From the NCBI GenBank assembly GCA_963716395.1, contig OY970309.1, positions 2,176,001-2,240,000 on the forward strand: a stretch of 64,000 nt of DNA. Reading direction: 5' to 3'. This DNA comes from an uncultured Fibrobacteria bacterium. GTDB lineage: Bacteria; Fibrobacterota; Fibrobacteria; UBA11236. Every line of letters starts with the position of its first letter. Positions within the stretch are counted from its first letter, which is position 1. The translations under genes were made by a program, and so were the position numbers. Shown here in pieces: positions 28,428 to 37,632 of the stretch. Below the pieces are notes generated by a model that worked only from the letters and a program-made list of their open reading frames with translations, was not told the origin of the DNA and made no database searches.

Positions 28428-30269
28428 ATGTCCCTGCTCCTGCGCCGGCGGCTCGTCGCCACTCTCTTGAACCTGGCGACGGTTTTGGTGGTGGGGATCA
28501 ATCTCGTTCCCATTGCCTGGATGATCTATTGCAGCTTCAAAGACAATAACGAAATCCTTTCCGGCAAGGTTCTGCCGGGCCGGCGCGACTACACCGTGGT
28601 CTTTCTTTCCCGGCACGCAGGCGATATTTTAATCGGCGCCTCCGACGGCAGCCTGACGTTGGCCGATACCATCGACCTTTCCACCGTTCGGGAGAAGCGT
28701 CTGGGGACCTTCTCCACCCATTATCTCAGGGATGGGGAAACCCTGTGGGTGCTCAGCGCCAACAAAGGCTTGTTGGAATTGGATTGGAAAACCCTGTCGC
28801 TGCGCCATCGCTATTCCGTGGGCGATATGGCCTCGGCTTATGGACCCGGATGGAAAACCCTGTGGGTGAATGACGTGGCGTCATCGAGCCTCGCCCGCAG
28901 CGGGGATAAGCTGTACTTCGGCTACCAGAACGCCAATTTTCCCGGGTTGGCGTACTTGGATTTAACCTCGCGCAAATTGGGGTTCGTCCGCGGTTTTTCC
29001 ACCGCGGAGAACGGCCGGCTCCGTGAACTGCAATCGTTGCGCAATGGAAATCTCGCGGTGCTGACCGACCAGGGACTGTGGATCGGGAACGGAACCGATT
29101 TTCACTCCGCCTGCGGGCACTGCGCCACATGGCCGGAAACCTTCGATCACCTCGTCGCGGCGGATTCGCTGCTGATCTTGGATCGTTCCGGGTCGCTGTA
29201 TTTTTACCATCCCCAACAGGATTCGGCCTTCGTGTACAGTACGCCGAATGCATCCGGCGCGGCCAATGCGTTCGCGCTGCCTTCCCATTTCTCGACCCTG
29301 CTCTGGCAAGGGTCGGACTTGTGGGCCGGATATGCGCAGGGGGCCATGCGCATTCCGCAGTCCTGGTTCTCCGGAGACACGACGCAGCCGCCGTGGGTTT
29401 CGGTTCCCGCGCAAAGCCCCGGCTACGAGGGGAACGGCGAGGTGGCGGGCATGGAAGTGACCTCCATTCTTCCTTTGACCCGCGGCGGCTTTCTGTTCGG
29501 CGGCCGCAAGGGAACGCTCTCACGCGAGTCTTTGGGCCGGTTGATCCACGTCAAAACGCCGCCATCTCCCTGGTATTTCCGCTGGCGCAATTACGTGGAT
29601 CTGTGGCGCAACATCGACTTCGGGTTGTACTTGAAAAACAGCCTGATCGTCTGCGGTACGGTCATGCTGTTCGCGGTCATCTTCGCCTCCATGGGCGGTT
29701 ATGCGCTCGCGCGCTACGAGTTCCCGGGAAAAAACTCCTTCAGCATGTCGGTATTGGCGACGCAAATGGTGCCGGGAATTCTATTGCTGCTGCCGATTTA
29801 TCTCATGTTCGTGCAAATCTCCAAAGTGACGGGATTCCAATTAAAAGGTTCGTATACCGGTCTCATTTTCACCTATACGGCGTATTTCGTCCCCTTCTCT
29901 ATTTGGATCTTGCGCGGCTTTTTCGCTTCTTTGCCCAAAGAGCTGGAGGAGGCGGCCCTCATCGACGGGTGCGGTCCTCTGCGCGCCTTTTTCACCATCA
30001 TCGTCCCCTCCGCCTGGCCGGGGATCATCGCCACCGGCATCACGGTTTTTCTTTCCTGCTGGGACGAATTGATGTTCGCCTGGGTCTTGACCAATGAAAC
30101 CACGGCCACCTTGCCGGTCGGTATTCGGCTGTTCGTGGGGAACTATCAAAATCGTTTCGATTTGATGATGGCCGCGGCCACCATTTCCACCTTGCCCCCC
30201 ATGATTCTCTTCTTCCTCATGCAAAAACAAATCGTCGCGGGGCTCACCGCCGGCGCCGTCAAAGATTAG
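28428..30269 (+). CDS. Sugar ABC permease (MalG-like) with a large periplasmic beta-propeller-like insertion
   Basis: TM1 (PIAWMIYCSFK), then a ~340-aa beta-rich insert, then WRNY...YLKNS...GYALAR...ELEEAALIDG...TLPVGI. Confidence 0.88.
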   Translation: MSLLLRRRLVATLLNLATVLVVGINLVPIAWMIYCSFKDNNEILSGKVLPGRRDYTVVFLSRHAGDILIGASDGSLTLADTIDLSTVREKRLGTFSTHYLRDGETLWVLSANKGLLELDWKTLSLRHRYSVGDMASAYGPGWKTLWVNDVASSSLARSGDKLYFGYQNANFPGLAYLDLTSRKLGFVRGFSTAENGRLRELQSLRNGNLAVLTDQGLWIGNGTDFHSACGHCATWPETFDHLVAADSLLILDRSGSLYFYHPQQDSAFVYSTPNASGAANAFALPSHFSTLLWQGSDLWAGYAQGAMRIPQSWFSGDTTQPPWVSVPAQSPGYEGNGEVAGMEVTSILPLTRGGFLFGGRKGTLSRESLGRLIHVKTPPSPWYFRWRNYVDLWRNIDFGLYLKNSLIVCGTVMLFAVIFASMGGYALARYEFPGKNSFSMSVLATQMVPGILLLLPIYLMFVQISKVTGFQLKGSYTGLIFTYTAYFVPFSIWILRGFFASLPKELEEAALIDGCGPLRAFFTIIVPSAWPGIIATGITVFLSCWDELMFAWVLTNETTATLPVGIRLFVGNYQNRFDLMMAAATISTLPPMILFFLMQKQIVAGLTAGAVKD

Positions 30270-30391
30270 AGGCGTTCGGCCATCACGGCCTCGCCGTGAA
30301 CGCGTCGTGAACGAAGAGCCGCTTCGCCGGTTCGGATCCGGCGCGAAACCGCCGGTCCCGGAGCGCGCGTCAGGTGAAGATAACGGCCTAT

Positions 30392-30413
30392 TCCGCCGTC
30401 GGCGGATCTTTTT
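30392..30413 (+). terminator. Possible intrinsic terminator for the ABC operon
   Basis: TCCGCC-GTC-GGCGGA followed by TCTTTTT, between convergent genes. Confidence 0.4.
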
Positions 30414-30567
30414 GGTGGGGCGGGCTTTAGTAGAAAAAGGCAACGCCATGCGGCGCATTTTCAGGCAGAGGCGGACGAAGCCGGAAGCAGGTGCAGGTTT
30501 GCCCGGTCAGGTGCGAGCACAGCCGGGTCACCGAAAAGATTAAACGACGAAGTCCGCCGCCCGCGCC

Positions 30568-33500
30568 CTATCGCCGCACAAATCCGAAAGACAAGACTTT
30601 AACGACGGATACCGGGCTCTGGCCCAAGTTTGCATTCAGGGTCGTGGCATCCAGGGCGATGCGGGCCAAGTAAGCGCCGGTTCCCGCCAACTGTCCGGTT
30701 TGCGAGCGACCGTTCCAGACGATTTTGATCTGGTAGGTTCCGTCGGACCTCCGGAGAAAATCTCCGGCTCCCGGAATAGGCGCGTCGTTATTATCTACGC
30801 CCAATTGGGCCGCGGTGATATTGCCGGAAAAGACATTTACGAATTCGGCCAGATTGGTATACAGCGTAATTTTGTAATTGACCGGACGATCGATATTCAA
30901 GGTCAGGGTCGGAATTTGGAATTTGCCCGAAGTGTCGGTGGTAATCGACGAGCCGCAATTCAAACCCGAGCAGTCGTAGGCGATATGGTTATTGCTGCCC
31001 TGGATGGGCAGCCAGTTCGTCCCGTCCTTGGTTCCCATGACGACGAAGTCGGTTTGCGAATTTCCCAGCGTTTGGAAAAACGGCTTGTCCGGCGAGACCA
31101 CCAAGGTGGGTGGCCGCGGAACCGGATGAAAGCCCAAAACCACCGGGCGGTTCAACGGATTGGGAAGATTGCCATAGACATCGCTGATGGGCCCCTGCGC
31201 ATTCAGCTTCAGCGAATCTCCCGATACGGGTGACTGGCTTCCCAAGTCTTCCACCACCACCTTATACCCGCCCGACGCGGTATCCACCGACCGAATGGAG
31301 AAGGGAATGGAATCCCGCGTTCCCTGTTTAATCAACACCAGGGAAGCGCCCGACAAAGAGGATTGGGGAATCGCTTCGCTGAAGAACACCAGCAAAGTAT
31401 CGGGCCCGCTGCCGTACTTTTCCCACACGATGGCGCTGTCCACCAGCGGGCCGACGGAATCGGCCAGGATCAGGGGAGAGGATTGCTCCGGCGCGCCGGC
31501 CACGGCCACATGGGTGTACAACACTCCCGGAGAAGTCGCTGAGTTGGAAGCGGTGATGCCCGCCGGAAAGGGGTTGGACAGGAGAACCGTGACGTGTTTC
31601 AAATTGGTTGCGTCAAGGGTGATGCCGCTGGACACATGCCGGGGCGTAGCGGTGCTGTCGGGCCAATAGAGCAGGACCGAATCCGGCGCCACCGCCAAGG
31701 GATTGACGAGGTAAATATCCGCGCGGTTGACGCTTCCGGTTCCGTCGTCGGCGAAATAGGCCGCCGACTGTACGGCCAAGGGCGGCGGCGGCAGAATAAG
31801 GAGCTTCAATACCACCGGCCGATTCAAGGCATTCGCCTTATTGGTGTAGAGATCGGTGAGCGGACCGGCCGGATTTATTTGCAAAGAATCGCCCGGCAAG
31901 GGTACGTCGGTTCCGCCGCTGGTCACGGTGACACGGAAATCAAGCCCGGTCGTGTCGAGCGCCGTGGCCTGGGTGACGGTCAAGGGAACGGGAGTCGCGT
32001 TTCCCGGAATGATCAGCAAGAGCGAGGTACCCTTCAAACTGGCGGGAGCGACCTTTTCGGTGAAGGCGATGTCGAGATTGTCACTGCCGGGGTTGTATTT
32101 GATCTCGACGTCGGCGGTGTCGAGCAAGGGTCCGACCGAATCGGCGATGGCGAAGGCCGTGGCCTCCTCGGGCAAGGTCGTGCCTCCGGGGTTACGGGTA
32201 TACAGCGTTCCCAACTGCTCCGATACCATGCCGGTGGTGATGTTCGGGGGAAAGGGAGTGGCCAGAAGCACGGTGAGATGCTTGTTGTTGGTGGAATCCC
32301 ACGTCATGCCGCTGGTGACGATTTTGACCGGAGAATTGAGATCCGGCCAATGCAAGGCCAGAGAATCGGGTGGCCAGGTCAAACTGTCGGCAAAGTAAAT
32401 CTCGAGGCGATTCACGCTTCCCACCCCGTTGTCGGCGTAATAGGCGGCTTTCGAGATCACCACCGCGGGAGCCGTGAAATTGATTTTGGCCCGGTTGCCC
32501 GGCAGCAAATTGTTGACGGCCGGGGTTGCGATGATGGATCCGTTGGTCACCACGGAAACTCCCGTGATGTAAATCACGGCCTGCCCGTTGACCAAGGTGA
32601 CCTGGCTGAGGGCGGCGGTGTCGGCCGCGGAACCATAGGCCACCAAGCCGGAACTCAAAGTGAGATCGACCACCGAGCTGAAGGTGTCGCGCGCGATTCC
32701 ATCCACGCTGGCCCGGATCGTTACGGGAAAGCGCTGCCCCACGTTTCCGGTAATGCCCAGCGAGGTGTCGGGTTTGGTGGTGTCGGCATAGAGAATCCAA
32801 ATCTTGTCCCGCGGCTGGCCCACTTTCACGTCGGCGGAGTCGGTGTTTCCGTTGATCGACAAGGTCGCTACCAAGGTGAAAATTTGATTTTGGGCGCCCT
32901 GGGTCACCGTGGCCCCGAAAGCGGTGATGCCGTTGGAATCGGTGAGCACCGTGGCGGGGTCGGTGATGGCGTTGCCGATGGTGATATCCCCGATGGCGGG
33001 ACTCATGCTTTTAAATGAAACCGAGACCCCCGCCCCTTCGTTGTTGCCGAATTGATCGGTCACGGCCGCGGTTCCCGAAAGCACCGTGCCCGGATCCAGA
33101 ATCGGCGCGGATCCCGGATTGCGAATTTTTGATGGAGGGTTTTGGAAAATGACGCTGTCGGCGGGTCCGGGAAGGATTGTGATTCCCGTAGAAACGCCGT
33201 AAAAGACGGTTTTGTTGCTATTGCTGGGATCGACCCAAGTTCCCGAGGCCGTAACGTATTCGATACCTCCTTGCGGTACCTTGGTGAACACCACGGTTTT
33301 GGTCGTCGGGCCCGAGATGGAAGGCAAAGAAAAAATGTTAAAGGGGGGCACAGGAGGCGTGTACAAATTCGCCCCGGAATTCAAGGCAACACTGACCGAA
33401 GTAATCGCGTTGTTGAACGAAGACCCGTCCAAATTCTCCGGCGTGATGCGCAACCCCACGGTTTGACCCGCCGTAACCGTCGTGACGGGATTGCCCGTGG

Positions 33501-35493
33501 TCGCGTCTAAAACCTGCACGAAAAATTTATAATCCAATTTGCGATAGGGAATAAAACCCACCGTGGTGGCTGCCGGACTTCCATTCGCGCCTGTGCCATC
33601 GGCGATCAATTCGAAAAAGGCATAATCTTCATTGGCCGCCAGGGCGGGGGTGAAGGTAGCTGTCAAGGTGTTGCTGCCGATTTTCACGCTCTGAGAAGAT
33701 AAGGTCACGTCGATAGGTGGAGCCAGCACCGGCGCCGCCTGGCCGCCGAACCCTGCGAGATCCGTGGCGGTGGGGTAACCCGCCGGAAAGCGCACCATTT
33801 TCACATACTTGATGGTGGGCAAGGTCAAATTGCCATTCGCGGCCGTGAGGCTGAAATTCAAGGTAGCCGTGGTGCCGTTGATCAAAGCCGGAGAAAGTGG
33901 AGCGATAGTCACTTCGTCGGTAGGCAGGCCAACCGAAGAAATGGCGCCGATGTCGGCCACCTTGCCGTCGGAGTTATAAATTCCGGCGGCCGGCCAACCC
34001 GCATTTTCCACATATTTCTGGGTCAGGGAGTCATTCCAATCCGGCGTCAAAAATAAGGGGCTGGTCGGATCGGTGGACTGGAATTTGACGTCGTACCATC
34101 TTATATCGGCGGAAGCAGGAAATGGGGCGTTGGCTTGCTGGCTTACGATCAGCGCACCGGGCAGGGTCACACCCGTAATGGTTTGGGGAACCACCACGGG
34201 CCCGCTGGACATATTCAGGGTGAGGTTGATGACCAAGTTATCGGTAGATGCGGCGGTCATGCCGTTCATGATTTGCACGTTGCGATAAACCGAAACGGTG
34301 GAATCCGCCTGCACCTGCTGCTTGGTAGTGGTGTCGTATTGCTGCGCCTGCACGTTTTGCGTTTGGGGATTCGGCGCGGCATTTTGCACCGCGTACAGGC
34401 AATTGTGCATGCGGTTGACGAAATATGGGATCCGAGGACATCCAGGAGTTCGCCGCCGAAATTGGCGTCGCTTTGCCAGATAGTTCAGAAGGTGCGGCGA
34501 AAATATTGTTGAAGACGAAATGTTGCGCCCCGGGCCTATAGCCCCCGATGATATTCATGTAATCGTGCCAGAAGGTATTGTTGTAAATGGCCGTGGGGCT
34601 CAGCATCACGTCTTTGAACAAACATGGCGCCGCCGGGTTGGTTCGGGCCTTCGCTGCCCATGGCTTTCACCTTCGCCGCAGTGAAGCTCGGTAGCTGCTG
34701 GGATGGTGGTTTTCATATACCAGGTTGTAGCGGAAGGTGGAACCCAAATCCCAGGCGGATTCCGAAAAGAATCCCCAGCTGTTGTTGTGGATGCGGTTGT
34801 ATTCAAACACATGCCCGCCGGATTTGCCGAATCCCGAAATCGGAACCACATTAGCTTCGCCAAATCCGCCGGATTGACATTGGCGAAAATGCCGCCCATG
34901 TTGCGATCTTTCAGCGCAATTCCGAAATAAGCGTTGTTGATATCACAATTGCGAATGGTGATGTCGCGCGGAAACAAAAACTTCAATGCCCCATTGCCCG
35001 CGAGCAAGTCGGACAAATTGCCATTGCACGCAATCCGTTCCGTCTGCCCCAGATACCCGAGTGGTAGTAAGGAGTTGGGGCGACGCCGTCGATTCCGATG
35101 CCGTCGATGGTCACGTTGCGGACCATGAGCAAACGCAAGGCGCCGTTTTGATCGAAAGGTGATAGCTGCCGGGGGCGCCGGAAATCGCTTGGGCGCAGTG
35201 GTGGGATAGACGTCGGTCTGGTCATCCCATGTGATGGTGGGTTTTTGCAAGGCCGTGGGATTGGCGGAAATCAGGGTGAGTCCGTCTTTGGTGCTGTCGA
35301 TGGTCACCTGCTCGGGATACACCGCCGCATCCAGCACTTCGATGACATCGCCTTTGCCGGCTTTGTTTACGGCCGCTTGAATGGTGCTGAAAGTACCGCG
35401 CCCGTCTTTCGAAACCGTGAAGGTGGCCGCCGGGCAGGAAATCCATGCGCCGATGGCAAAACAAAGAAACTTTCCGGTCGCGCCTATCCGCAT
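30568..35493 (-). CDS. Giant secreted protein (~1600 aa): pectin-lyase-like beta-helix, Ig-like domains, two fibro-slime-like modules and an FlgD-like tail; several frameshifts in 34400-35200
   Basis: Signal peptide plus TVSKDGRGTFSTIQAAV...GDVIEV...YPEQVTI. Beta-helix fragments continue across ORFs 34983..35225, 34606..35493, 34667..34849 and 34238..34621 into 30568..34410. Tail WNGRSQTGQLAGTGAYL. Confidence 0.7.
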
Positions 35494-35588
35494 AACTTTA
35501 GCCCACCCTTCAAATCGGTGAAAAAACCTAATCCCGGAACATACTTTAAGTCATTTTTCCCAAATCAACCGGACAAAATGCTCCTTGG

Positions 35589-35620
35589 AATTAGTGATTG
35601 GGTTTCCGGTTTGCGTTCAC
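35589..35620 (-). promoter_or_regulatory. ECF-type cluster promoter (giant beta-helix gene)
   Basis: Minus strand GTGAACG-N18-ACTAATT. Confidence 0.55.
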
Positions 35621-35661
35621 CGAAATTGGGGAAAATGCCGGTCAAATGGGAAGGGGAAAGG

Positions 35662-35690
35662 CTAATGGGTACCTCTCGTACCCTAATGGG
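35662..35690. repeat. MITE-like scar at the GH8 stop codon
   Basis: GGGTACCTCTCGTACCC overlapping two copies of CTAATGGG (35662-35669 and 35683-35690). Confidence 0.45.
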
Positions 35691-37167
35691 CCGTAGCTTC
35701 CGCCGCGCGTCCCAGGAGATTGTAAATCCGCAGGGTCGGCAGGGTTTGATGTGAAGCTGATCCGGGTACGGCAGGATAACCTTCCGGGGTGAGCCAAACC
35801 GTGGATCCGTCAAAACCCGCGCGGTCGGAATGCCCGTTTTGCGCCACGGGCTGGATGAAATGGACGGCGGAAATGGCGGTTTTTTGATCGGCTAAAACAT
35901 TGGGAAATTGGCCTCCCAAAACGGCAAATCCGAGCATGCCCAACGATTGGTCGTAATAAAACTCCTGGTCTTGCAGGCTTTGCGATCCCAAAAAAGGCCC
36001 GTTTCCGGAAATGATTGCCAATACCGAAGAATTGGTGGCGCGGCGGGTATAGGCGGTGTCGAGGGAGCCGAGTACGCCGGCCGACCACATGGCCACATTT
36101 TCCAAATCGCCCGAGGTCGACGCGATAGCGTTGCCATTGTTATCGTACTGCGCCATCTGCGCGGCCATCAGGATAATATTGGAATTGGTGTATTGGGTCA
36201 AAGTTCCTTTGGAGTTTTCACAATACGCAATGGCCCGGGAATCTTTGAACCAGAGCGCGTCCATGGCGATGCGATAGGGGGTGCGAATTGCATCGCTTAA
36301 CATGCCCAGCCCCTGATCGGTTTTTCCTCCCGCCTGGCTGGCCTGTCCGCCGCTGGGCGTGCACCAATCCACGGCTTGCCCTTTGGAGTATCGCGGCATT
36401 TTCGCCAGCACGGCATAACAATTGTCGATCACCGAAGTGAAGCTCACCTGGGTTTGATAGGCGTCAAAAACCTTCAGCCAGGCGGTGGCGAAATAGCTCG
36501 GGTTTAAATTGTTCACTCCGTCACTACCCCAACTATCTCCGGGCAGCAGATAGTTTTGCGCCACCATATTGTCGTGAATGCTGACGATGACGTCCATGGC
36601 CCGGCTGTGGTAGGTGATGCCGTTTTTATTGTAGGTCTGCCACAGGCCCGCGCCCTGTAAGGCATCGGCGAAGACCAAGGCCAACCCGATGTCCAAATCG
36701 GCGTCGGTGGCGGCCCCCTGCGCACCGGAGGGATAACTCCAGATGTAATACGACTTGTGCGCATCGCTCCACATATAGGTGTTTGCGGCTTCGAATATTT
36801 TGTTGAACGTGGTTTGATCGTTCATCAGCACCGAGAAAATCATGCCGTATCCCTGGCCTTCCGAAACCGCGACATTGGTGTTGGACACCGTGCCATTTGA
36901 ATAGGTGCGCTGATTGATCAGACCGTTCGACATCATAAAGTTCGCCTTGTAATAAGACCAGGCGCTATCCATGGTTTTTTTGAAATAATCGGGCGCAATC
37001 AGGGACAAATAATTATTCAAAGAAGGGGAGTAATACTGGGTATAGTCGTAGGCTGCGGGCCGGATATAAGGCAAATTCCAGGGTTGCTCCTGACCAACCG
37101 CCAGTCCGGCGCATACGGCCAGCACCGCGCTGGAATTTTTAAATATCGACGATTTTCGGCCTCGCAT
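35683..37167 (-). CDS. GH8 endoglucanase, secreted
   Basis: VSEGQGYGM, ATDADLD, NPSYF and DAIRTP; signal peptide; tail YNLLGR; start at MRGRK after a G-rich RBS. Confidence 0.9.
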   Translation of the reverse strand: MRGRKSSIFKNSSAVLAVCAGLAVGQEQPWNLPYIRPAAYDYTQYYSPSLNNYLSLIAPDYFKKTMDSAWSYYKANFMMSNGLINQRTYSNGTVSNTNVAVSEGQGYGMIFSVLMNDQTTFNKIFEAANTYMWSDAHKSYYIWSYPSGAQGAATDADLDIGLALVFADALQGAGLWQTYNKNGITYHSRAMDVIVSIHDNMVAQNYLLPGDSWGSDGVNNLNPSYFATAWLKVFDAYQTQVSFTSVIDNCYAVLAKMPRYSKGQAVDWCTPSGGQASQAGGKTDQGLGMLSDAIRTPYRIAMDALWFKDSRAIAYCENSKGTLTQYTNSNIILMAAQMAQYDNNGNAIASTSGDLENVAMWSAGVLGSLDTAYTRRATNSSVLAIISGNGPFLGSQSLQDQEFYYDQSLGMLGFAVLGGQFPNVLADQKTAISAVHFIQPVAQNGHSDRAGFDGSTVWLTPEGYPAVPGSASHQTLPTLRIYNLLGRAAEATAH

Positions 37168-37186
37168 AACACCCCCCTGGTTTTTT

Positions 37187-37394
37187 AGGGTATCTCTTCG
37201 CATCGTTTTCCGGTTTCGACTTCGATCCGACGATCGCGGAAAATTCCGGCCTTATCGCCCGCATCAAAAGCCTCGCCGGCGGAGTTCTCCACCGTGGGCG
37301 AATTTTCACCCTGCCTTCCACCGAGGCGGGTTCGGCAGGCTCAGGCCTTCGCCCTGTGATGGATCGCAGGCGCACCGATTTTTCGAGATACCTT
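37187..37394. mobile_element. Degenerate full-length copy of the 8372 MITE family in the GH8 leader
   Basis: Left end AGGGTATCTCT; right end ACCGATTTTTCGAGATACCTT (17/21 identical to 8542-8562). Internal blocks CGACTTCG, TATCGCC, GCCGGCGG and AGGCGGG are collinear with the 8372 element. Confidence 0.65.
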
Positions 37395-37396
37395 TC

Positions 37397-37428
37397 AATT
37401 GGTGGAATCCACGGCAAACCAAGTTCAT
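37397..37428 (-). promoter_or_regulatory. ECF-type cluster promoter (GH8)
   Basis: Minus strand ATGAACT-N18-ACCAATT. Confidence 0.5.
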
Positions 37429-37500
37429 TCACCCCGAAAGTCCGGTGCGGCGTCTGTCAGGCGTCAGCCCCCGGCTTGGGGGCGCTCATTCCTGTTTATC

Positions 37501-37532
37501 TTGAACCAAGCGCCGAACGGAGAACACTAACC
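37501..37532 (+). promoter_or_regulatory. ECF-type cluster promoter (tandem-CBM protein)
   Basis: TTGAACC-N18-ACTAACC. Confidence 0.55.
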
Positions 37533-37632
37533 CACAGAACGAACAGATCCGAGAGGTTTGGGGGGCCGTTAGCGAGGATAAAGCGGCCGTCTTTAAACCC
37601 GGCGATCCAACCCAACGAGGAGATGAACCGAT

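Noticed and set aside
30270-30567. Short ORFs in the GC-rich gap between convergent genes
   Set aside because: No motifs or RBS; treated as intergenic with a terminator-like hairpin.
37405-37460. GGCAAACC...GAAAG resembling a c-di-GMP-I riboswitch
   Set aside because: It lacks the paired P2 arm and the GCAAAG P3 motif. The sequence is better explained as the spacer of the minus-strand ECF-type promoter.
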